From Eledone cirrhosa (Eukaryota), in NCBI GenBank assembly GCA_964016885.1, contig CAXHJY010000846.1:1-64000 (forward strand): a stretch of DNA of 64,000 nt, in the 5' to 3' direction. Below the pieces are notes generated by a model. It was not told where the DNA came from and made no database searches. It saw only the letters and a program-made list of their open reading frames with translations. Of this stretch, positions 11,973-22,564 are shown piece after piece (the first letter of the stretch is position 1; every line of letters begins with the position of its first letter). Both the position numbers and the translations under genes were made by a program.

Positions 11973-12670
11973 GTATGAGCAAGACAAGGTCAGCCGGCCG
12001 GACACTGCCCACAACAGGACAACCTGTCTAACCCATGCTAGCTAGGAAGAACGGACGTAAAATGATGTTGATGATGATGATGATGATATATATATGTATA
12101 TATATATATGTAAAGTGCAGGGCAATAAAAATAGACGGTAGCCACGGAGTAGGCAGACCCAGAAAAACCTGGGACGACTTGATAAATTCCGACCTCACAC
12201 ACTTACACCTCTCCAAGACAATGTCACTGGACCGAGACCTTTGGCGCTACACAGTAATAGAGAAGACCCGCCTTACCTAAGTACAAAGTGAAACCTACTA
12301 CAGTCAGTAGGCACCTCTAACAAAATACACACCCGTCCCACTACCCCCACCCCATCCACACCACCCCTTTCAATGTAAAGTTATGTTGGTACCACAACAT
12401 CCAGCCCGAAACAAATGAGGTCGTGTAGGTGTCACGACAAAAAAACACACAGTCCACGCTGTAATGTGGCCGTGTAGGTAACACGGTAAAAACCTCCCAG
12501 CCCCACACTGTAAATGTGGTTGGTGTTAGGAAGGGCATCCAGCCGTAGAAAACCCCCCAGACAGTCCTATGCGAGCAAGACAACCACTCTTGCCTCAAGT
12601 GGGAAAACTCCCGTCCAAACCCATGCAAGCGTGGAATATGGACGTTAAACGATGATGATGATGATGATGA
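11970..12670 (+). mobile_element. Two tandem RTE 3' ends (short tail, then ORF end with long UTR and (GAT)n)
   Basis: KCRAIKIDGSHGVGRPRKTWDDLI followed by the family UTR and ggacgttaaac(gat)n. Confidence 0.85.
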
Positions 12671-12744
12671 TATGTATATATGTATATATATAAAATGACA
12701 ATGAGAATTGCAGCTTTTTGTAAAATTTATGATATATATACATA

Positions 12745-15121
12745 TGTACCCCACAGCATAGGTTAGTCGTTAGTGATATCTCAGTAAGCAAGAGATGGAA
12801 AGAGACATATAGGAAGGTGTGGAGAAGAAAGGTCTGGAAGCTAAAAGACCTTTCACTAAAATACAAATTTAGGAAAGCCCTTCAAGATGTATATGACGAA
12901 AAAGAAGACGATTTAGAGACGTATGACATAGAAACTAACTGGAATTTCTTACGTGACAACTTGCTGCAGGCTACTGATGAAACTTGTGGCTGGAGCAGAG
13001 CTCCAACCAGACAGAGAGTGACCTGGTGGCGGAACAGCACAGTAGATAAGGCCATTAGAGACAAAAGACTAGCATGGAAGGCTTGGAAAAAGGGTGGGAG
13101 TAGGCAAGAATATACAGCCACTAAGAGAGAAGCTAGACGTCAGGTGTACTTAGCACGCAGGGAGGCGGAGAGTAGGAGGTTTGCCAATGTTCTGCGACAA
13201 GAAGATCAGAGGCGTGCGGTGTTCCACATTGCAAGGCAGTGTGTCAATGCAAATCAGGATGTTGTTGGAGATAAATGTGTCCGGGATGATGCCGGTGTAC
13301 TTAGTGTCACGAATGATCAGAAAAAGGAGGCCTGGAAATGTCATTATGAGAGACTGATGAATGTGGAGAACAAATGGGAGAGAGAGAAATTACCCTTAGT
13401 AGATCCGACAGAGGGACCAGCTATTGAGATTGACGAATATAGGGTCCAAGAGGCGATTAGGGAAATGAAAAATGGTAAGGCTGCTGGACCATTGGGAATA
13501 GTTGCTGAGATGCTGAAGGCATCAGGGGACATAGGCACTAAACTGGTTGCACGCATCATCAATCAGGCTATATATGGTGGTGTCATACCCAAAGACTGGT
13601 GCAGCAGTATTCTCATAAATTGCTACAAAGGTAAAGGGGATGCTCTGGAGAGGAGCAATTATAGGGGTATAAAACTGATAGATCAGGTTATGAAAGTGGC
13701 AGAAAGGATATTAGCACAACTAATTAGAGAAAGGGTCAAACTAGATGAGATGCAGTTTGGTTTTGTGCCTGGGAAGAGTACAACAGATGCCCTCTTCTTG
13801 GTGAGACAATTGCAAGAGAGGCTCTTAGAGAAGAATAAGCCACTATACTTAACCTTTGTTGACCTAGAGAAGGCCTTTGATAGGGTACCCCGATCTGTCA
13901 TCTGGTGGTCCCTAAGGAAGCTAGGTGTTGAGGAATGGCTTGTGAGGACAGTGCAAACTTTGTACAGAGGTACTCTCAGTAAAGTAAGGGTAGGAATGGA
14001 GTTTAGTGAGGAATTCCAGATACAAGTAGGAGTACATCAAGGTTCGATCCTCAGCCCGCTCTTGTTCATTATAGTCCTCCAAGCCATAACAGAGGAGTTT
14101 AAGACTGGCTGTCCATGGGAACTTCTCTATGCTGACGATCTGGTTCTTATAGCAGAATCAATAGAGGAGCTAGAGAATAAATTCTGGCTATGGAAATAAC
14201 AGTTGGAAGCAAGAGGACTGAGAGTGAACCTAGCTAAGACAAAAGTGTTGATGAGTAGAAAAGAGGACAAAACTCTGATTCCGTCAGGGAAATGGCCATG
14301 TTCGATATGCAGAAAAGGAACTGGCATAAATTCTATAAAATGCACACAATGCAGATCCTGGGTACACAAGAGATGTAGCGGGATAGCAGGCAAACTAACA
14401 GGTAGGGAGAAATATGTATGCAGTAGATGTACAGGGAAATTAGACAGTAGAAGTCGCATTGATAGACACATTTTTCAAATGCAGGAGGGCGCTATAGAAG
14501 TGATGGATAGCTTCCGGTACCTAGGAGATCAGATTAGCATGGGAGGAGGGTGTTCCGAGGCCATAGTATCTAGAATGAGGACGGGTTGGAAGAAGTTTAT
14601 GGAGCTGCTTCCTCTGTTGACGAAGAAGGGTTTCTCCCTGCGTACGAAAGGCCGGTTGTATGATGCCTGTGTGAGGAGCGCGATACTGCATGGTAGTGAG
14701 ACATGGGCAGCAACTGCAGAGGATATGCAACGGCTGGAGAGAAATGAGGCAAGCATGCTCCGTTGGATGTGCAGTGTAAATGTGCGTGAACGACCCAGCA
14801 TAAATGTGTTGAGAGAGAAACTGTCTGAGAGGGATAGAATGTAGTGTACGGGAGAGGAGACTGAGGTGGTATGGACATGTGATGCGCATGGAGGATGACC
14901 GATGGGTGAAGAAGTGCCAGGAAATGCCAGTTGAAGGAAGACGTGGTAGAGGTAGACCACGAAAAACATGGGCGGAGGTGGTGAGAACAGACCTCAGATC
15001 ATTGAAGCTCATGGTAGAGATGACGAAGGACCGTGATGAGTGGAGAGATGCTGTGCTGAATAAGACCCGTCCCACCCTTGCAAGCAAGGAAAAGCGGACG
15101 TATAATGATGATGATGATGAT
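12745..15121 (+). mobile_element. Young 5'-truncated RTE LINE, RT nearly intact, with a PHD finger after the RT
   Basis: ORF 12817-14199 (NYRGIKL, QFGFVPGKSTTDA, FVDLEKAFDRV, GVHQGSILSPLLF, LLYADDLVL); one stop at 14197; ORF 14203-14844 with C4HC3; a frameshift; then GRGRPRKTW and a (GAT)n tail. Confidence 0.95.
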
Positions 15122-15159
15122 ATACATACATATATATACATACACACACACGCACACAC

Positions 15160-15214
<55 letters not shown>

Positions 15215-16134
15215 AGTGTGTATGTGTATATGACTTATGCATGTATTAACAAACAGACACAAACAAGAATAAACAGATATATAAACTACACTATATATAT
15301 AAAATATATAATATATATATTTTCATAGTTCTGCGAGTGTCAACTTACTTTCCTCCTGATGTCTGTATGGAAAAAATGTCCAGGGATCTGTGGGGAAAGA
15401 AACCGTGAAGGGCTGTTTAGGCCTGCCTAAACGAAACAAAAAGTAAATGAGTACATCTTCAGATTAATGACTATTCAAATTATGATTCTTGGATGGTGAG
15501 TGTGTGTGTGTGTGTGTGAATATGTGTGAATGTGCATGGAAGTGTGTATGTGTGTGAAAGTTTGTATAGATATGACTCTCTGAATGTGTATATGTGTGTA
15601 TGTGTGTGTATGTGAGAGTAAAAGTTTGTGTGTATGTATGTATTCATGTATTTATGTGTTTATATATGTATATATGTATGTATGTGTGTGTATATATATG
15701 TATGTATGAATATATATAATGTATGTATGTATCTATGTAGATAGATAGATATGTAGATGTGAATGTAAGTATGACTTGTTTCCTCCTCTTAATTTTGAGT
15801 TTATTTTTGACTGGCCATGTTCTAGGTGGCCAGATTGTAAAGAAAAGAAAATTTCTATCATTTCTTGTTCATCATTTGAATAAGAATTATTTTTTACAGG
15901 TTATAAAGATTCTAGATATTGGGGCTATTTTTAGCTTGAGAATTCAGCTACAAATTCTTTCTCCACAAATCTAATTTCAGTCATACTTTAGTCCAGGCAG
16001 TTGGGATATATCCTGTAGCTCCAATAATAATGGATATAAAGCTGAAGGTTTATCTTGGATATTGAATCTGGAAACTCCTTATCAATGGTCTGTAGATATC
16101 ATCCGCTTGTATTTTTGTTACTACACTTACACTG

Positions 16135-18200
16135 AGTGAACAGCTGACTTCTACAACAGAGCATGTTTGTATGTGTACATATATATGTGTGTCTGTATGC
16201 TGTATGTATGTATGTTTTCTCTTTCTCTTAATTTCGAGTATATTTTTTTGACCGGCCACCTTCCTGGTGGCAAGGTTGTAAAAGAAAAGAAATTGTCATC
16301 CCTTGAATCACAAGAATGTTTTGCAAATTTTGAAGGTGCCAGCTATCGCAGCCATTTGTATGTATATATATGTGTATGTTTGTCTGTCTGTATGTATTTA
16401 TAATATGTATGTACATATGCATCCATATATATATATATATCTCTATATGTATGTATGTATGTATGTATGTGTACATGTATGTATGTATATATGTATGTAT
16501 GCACATATGCATGCATATATTTATGTATATATCTATATATGTATGTATGTATATATGTATATATATGTATATATGTATATATGTATATATGTATATATGT
16601 ATGTATATATGTATATATGTATGTATATATGTATGTATATATATCTATATATGTATGTATGTATAGATCTATATATGTATGTATGAACAGCTGACTTCTA
16701 CAACAGAGCATGTTTGTATGTGTACATATATATGTGTGTGTGTATGCTGTATGTATGTATGTATATATATGTGTATGTTTGTCTGTCTGTATGTATGTAT
16801 AATATGTATGTACATATGCATCCATATATTTATATATATCTCTATATGTATGTATGTATGTATGTGTACATGTATGTATATATGTATGTATGCACATATG
16901 CATGCATATATTTATGTATATATCTATATATGTATGTATGTATATATGTATATATATATGTATATATGTATATATGTATATATGTATATACATATGTATA
17001 TATGTATATATGTATGTATATATGTATGTATATATATCTATATATGTATGTATGTATAGATCTATATATGTATGTATGAACAGCTGACTTCTACAACAGA
17101 GCATGTTTGTATGTGTACATATATATGTGTGTGTGTATGCTGTATGTATGTATATATATATATGTGTATGTTTGTCTGTCTGTATGTATGTATAATATGT
17201 ATGTACATATGCATCCATATATTTATATATATCTCTATATGTATGTATGTATGTATGTGTACATGTATGTATATATGTATGTATGCACATATGCATGCAT
17301 ATATTTATGTATATATCTATATATGTATGTATGTATATATGTATATACATATGTATATATGTATATATGTATGTATATATGTATGTATATATATCTATAT
17401 ATGTATGTATATATCTATATATGTATGTATGAACAGCTGACTTCTACAACAGAGCATGTTTGCATGTGTTCATATATATATGTGTATGTATGTTTGTATG
17501 TATATATGTATGTATGTTTGTCTGTCTGTATGTATGTATGTATGTATGTATGTATGTATGTATGTATGTATGTATGTATGTATGTATGTGTACATATATG
17601 TATGTATAATATAATATGTATCTACATATGCATCCATATATTTATATATATCTCTATATGTATGTTTGTATGTATGTATGTGTACATGTATGTATGTATA
17701 TATGTATGTGTACATGTATGTATGTATATATGTATGTATGTTTGTCTGTATGTATGTATGTATGTATGTATGTATGTATGTATGTATGTATGTATGTATG
17801 TGTACATATATGTATGTATAATATGTATGTATATATGCATCCATATATTTATATATATCTCTATATGTATGTTTGTATGTATGTATGTGTACATGTATGT
17901 ATGTATATATGTATGTGTACATGTATGTATGTATATATGTATGTATGTTTGTCTGTATGTATGTATGTATGTATGTATGTATGTATGTATGTATGTATGT
18001 ATGTGTACATATATGTATGTATAATATAATATGTATGTACATATGCATCCATATATTTATATATATCTCTATATGTATGTTTGTATGTATGTATGTGTAC
18101 ATGTATGTATGTATATATGTATGTGTACATGTATGTATGTATATATGTATGTATGCACATATGCATGCATATATTTATGTATATATCTATATATGTATGT
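16135..18200. repeat. Higher-order (TATG)n/(TA)n satellite with unique spacer gaacagctgacttctacaacagagcatgtttg
   Basis: The spacer occurs at about 16138, 16685, 17078 and 17431. A second unit of about 200 bp repeats over 17600-18200. Confidence 0.9.
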
Positions 18201-18497
18201 GGAGGTTGTCTTTATAATGTATATAATGAAATTTACTTTCTACTTCTAGCGACAATTTGCCATTACTTACTTTAGCCAGCTCCCTGATGCAGGAACTGTT
18301 GGTACTTCACAGGTGATATATAATAACAATAGATACATCTCTCATCCCCGCTCTTTCTCTCAGTCTATTTATCTTTTACTCCTCTTTCTCTTTCTCTCTT
18401 TCTTTCTCTCTCTCTCTCTCTTTCTTTCTTTCTCTTTCTCTCACTGTGAGTGTTTTAGTGGAGTTATCTCTCTTGCCCCTTCGGGGCAATATTTCAT

Positions 18498-18575
<78 letters not shown>

Positions 18576-18578
18576 TAC

Positions 18579-18669
<91 letters not shown>

Positions 18670-19074
18670 TATATATATATATATTCATACACACTCACAC
18701 ACACACGCCCACACACACACACATATATATATATGTGTGTGTGAGTCTGTGTGGTTGTGTGTCTGTGTGGACTGTGTGTATATATGTGTGCTTGTGTTTG
18801 TGTATGTGTGTCTCTAGTTCTAGTGACATAGTTTGTCAGTGTTTGCCTTTCAATCATGTGACCTAGGACTGATAATAATTGAAAATATTGTTTTTGTATT
18901 TTTTTCATTGGTTTGTCTGTTTGTTTGATAGAGATGGAAGGTAATGATGTGTAGGAGGAGGAGTAGTATGAGGAGGGGAGGGGAGGAGGAGGAGGAGGAC
19001 AGAGAGAAGGTTAAGAAGAAGCATTACCCTGTTTACCACTACCACCACTGTCAACCCCCACCACTGCCACCACC

Positions 19075-19630
19075 ATATTGAGTAGAGACAGAGTATATTG
19101 AGTTGAGGCAGAGCCCATTGAATGGTAGCAGAATATATTGAGTGGAGGTAGAGCATATTAAGAGGAAACAGAGTATGTTGAGTGGAGATAGAGCATATTG
19201 AGTGGAATCAGAGCATATTGAGTGGAGACAAAACACATTGAGTGGAAGAAGAGCTCATTGGGTGGAGGCAGTGCACATTGGAAGCAGAAAAGATTGAGTG
19301 AGAGCAGAATATATTGAGTGAAGGTAGAGGATATTGAGTAGAGGCATAACATGTTGAATGGAGGCAGAGCATATTGCGTGGAGTCAGAGCACATTGAGTG
19401 GAAGCAGAGATCATTGAGTGGAGTTAGAACAGATTGAATGAGGCAGAATATATTGAGTGGTGGAGGTAGAGCATATTAAGAAGAGGCAGAGCATGTTGAG
19501 TGGAGACCGAGCATATTGAGTGAAGTCAGAGCATATTGAGTGGAAGTAGAGCACATTGGGTAGAGGCAGAACAGACTGAGTGGAGGTAGAGCATGTTGAA
19601 TGGAGGCAGGGCATATTGAGTAGAGGCTGA
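19075..19630. repeat. Diverged 20-bp minisatellite (consensus about agagcatattgagtggaggc)
   Basis: About 27 tandem units read directly. Confidence 0.9.
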
Positions 19631-20089
19631 ACAGAAAGGAAGAAAAAGAAGCTAAGGCATGTGTGAAGCAGTGTTACAATGTTTAAAAAGAATGTATGTA
19701 TGTTTAAAATAGTTCCAGTATGGCTCTCATCATAATCATCACCATTTAATATTGGTTTTCTATACTTGCATGGCTGTTGTGTGCTGAGGCTAACTGAGTC
19801 ATTTAACCACATCCTGCTCATGCACTCTGTTTTTGGCTTGGTTGCTATGGCTGGATAACCTTTCTAACACCAACCACTTTGCAGCATGTACTGGAAGAAT
19901 AATTTCTATGGCTGTATAACCATCCTAAAACCAACCACTTTGCAGCATGTACTAGGAGAATGGTTGCTCTAGCTGAATCACCTTCCTAAGACTAACCCCC
20001 TTTGCAGCATGTACTTGGAACATTTTAACATACTTTAGCACTACACCATACATGGTGAACTGGGTGCTTAGGTAAATTAGTGTTAATAT

Positions 20090-21585
20090 ATTAACTATTT
20101 TGTTACCCTATTTCTAATAAAATACACTGTCTATGTGTTTCAATTAATTTTGAAAATAGTAACAAATTTGCTAAAATTTAATAAAATAACTAACCTTTCT
20201 TATTAAGTCTTTGGAACATATCAAAAACTTCTTAAATAAAATTATGGTAGAAGGTTTAAATTTGAATATGAATCTTTTAGAATTAGAGGTTTTGTATTAC
20301 AAAACCGGAGCTGGGTTGATGTCAAAAGTGAGGAATCAAAAATGTATGAATCATTAAAAAAATAGCTATAAATAAGTATGCATGACATCTAGACAAAGGA
20401 GTGTAAAAGCTGGTACTGAGGGATTCAGGACACAGAATTGGGAAAGTGTGGTAGACAACATGTTATATACATTGATAGAAACATGATACTGGCTTGGAAT
20501 CTATCTGGGAACTGGAGATGGCAATGATAGACAGTATTGCAGAAAAGGATCATGTCCTAACTAATATATGCATTTTCTGTCAAGTAAGAAAGGCAGTTCT
20601 GAATATATTTTCATCTTATTCTGACCTTGTCAGTAAAAAATTGCTGGATGAATCACTGTAAATGGAAGGATTATTGTTGAAGAAGGGGAATTTCAACTGA
20701 GATATATTTTTGAACAGGAAAAATTGAGTAAAAAAATAAAATAATTAAAATTTATGAAATTGTTGTTGTTATAGTTACCCTGCAGATAGATGTATAAAGA
20801 TGCTTATTAAAATTTTATTGTTTTTACTTCTATCTTTGATTTAAATGTTTTGTTAAGTAGAAAAGAAGACAGAATTCTGTTACCATCAAGGAAATGGCTG
20901 TGCTTTCTTTGTCTATTTGTAAGTTAAACTACCTCTAAAACTAATATATAGCTAATAACATTTTTTTTATCAGGATATTAAAACATTTTAAAGCAATGGT
21001 AATTTAAGAAAACATAGATATCAGCAACCTGTGCCATTGTTACCCATTGATACAAGCTCAGACAGTATAGGAGAAGGCTATCTGGAATGGAGCATAGCAA
21101 GGGAGATGTGTTGAAATAACCACTCTAATTTGTGGGGCTTACTCCTTGTGTAAGATTTTTTTTTTTGCAGAATTTTTAATTATCTGCAGAATTTTAAATT
21201 ATCAAGCCCTATTCTTTTGTATCTCATAAAAATGGTTACCATATTTCTAATGAAAAACACTGACTGATTTTCAAATAATTTTGAAAATAATCAAGAATTT
21301 GGAGTGATTTAGTAAAAGAACAAACTTTCTCATTATTAAGTTCATGACTGGAGCATAACTTAAAAGTTCTTACACAAAATTATGATGGAAAGTTTTTATA
21401 TAAATATAAACACTTTAAAATAACAGTTTAGTATTGTAGAACCAGGGATACAGGAGCTTTGGTATTAAAAAAAGTTACAGATGACTACAATAGTTTATTT
21501 ATATTCTGAAACCAAGATTTCAGGCAGTTTGGTATAGAAAGGGTTCAGGATGAAACATCAGTAGGCTTCTTTTCAAAAGGGTTTA
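20090..21585. mobile_element. Degenerate copies of an AT-rich MITE family (about 20090-20330 and 21205-21585; related copies at 53055-53530 and 58365-58545)
   Basis: Shared gttaccatatttctaat..caattaattttgaaaata..ttagtaaaat..ttatgatggaag..tagaaccagg; ends resemble ttaaccct...aagggttaa. Confidence 0.55.
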
Positions 21586-21832
21586 GGAATTTGAACTCTG
21601 AACCATAAACTGGGCAGTGTAAACTCTCTATATTCTCTTCTCATTGTGACATCATCACAGCATTGCTTATATTTAAAAACACAATGAAAGAGTCCATATT
21701 TATTACATAATTATTTTGTGAGAGGTCAGTAAACTTTAATGATTTTGTGGGAAATCTACAAATGGTTCTATTTTCGTTGGGAAAATGTTGATAAAGATTT
21801 TTGAACAGATAATATATAAGATTATCTAATAA

Positions 21833-21863
21833 TCTATATATCTAAAACAGAGAACGTCTGTCC

Positions 21864-21903
<40 letters not shown>

Positions 21904-22564
21904 GATTCCCTAAAACTCGAGAATCACCCAACCGATTTTTTTCAAACTTCACACATGTAATACTTATGGTCGTGTGAGTGTTTTGAGCAAAACATATTTC
22001 AAATTTTCAATGCCCTAGGGACCGCATTAGGCGATTTAGCGATCTCTCTCTGTCTTTATTAGTCTGTCTTTTTAAATAGATACATAGCTACAACGTCGCG
22101 CCCTTATAATATCTGTCTGTATGACTGGCTGTCTGCATTACGACATTGTGACACTATCTATATGTGAGTGTATATATGTATATATAGTGTGTTATATTTT
22201 TCGAAATATTTACTTCTGCATTCTTCGCTTAAACTTTAATCTGTTATTTTAATATATATATATATATAATTATATATTCGTGTACAGATATTTTTGCATA
22301 CACAATAACAAAATATAAACAAACGTATTTATTTCACGAGGCTCGACAGCAGCAAAAACAACAACAAAAAAAGAGTGGGAACGCAATTATATGCTTTTGA
22401 AAAATCTTAATGGAAAATTATTTGCCTATTCACCCAAGGCGACTTCACTTTTTATTAGGACTTCTGCATCAATTGGTGAACATACGACGAAACTGTTTTA
22501 GAAAGGAGGGATAAACATGACAATCTATGTTTAGAATCACGAGCAATGCCAGGCCATTCTGTAG
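21833..22564 (+). mobile_element. Non-autonomous Helitron (family A)
   Basis: 5' TCTATATATCTAAAAC plus a (TCTG)n tract; 3' gagcaatgccaggccattctgtag. A second copy lies at 62794-64000 (-). Confidence 0.75.

Noticed and set aside
16135-17470. Constant 35-bp repeat separated by long spacers (CRISPR-like)
   Set aside because: The spacers are near-identical microsatellite blocks, so this is tandem duplication.
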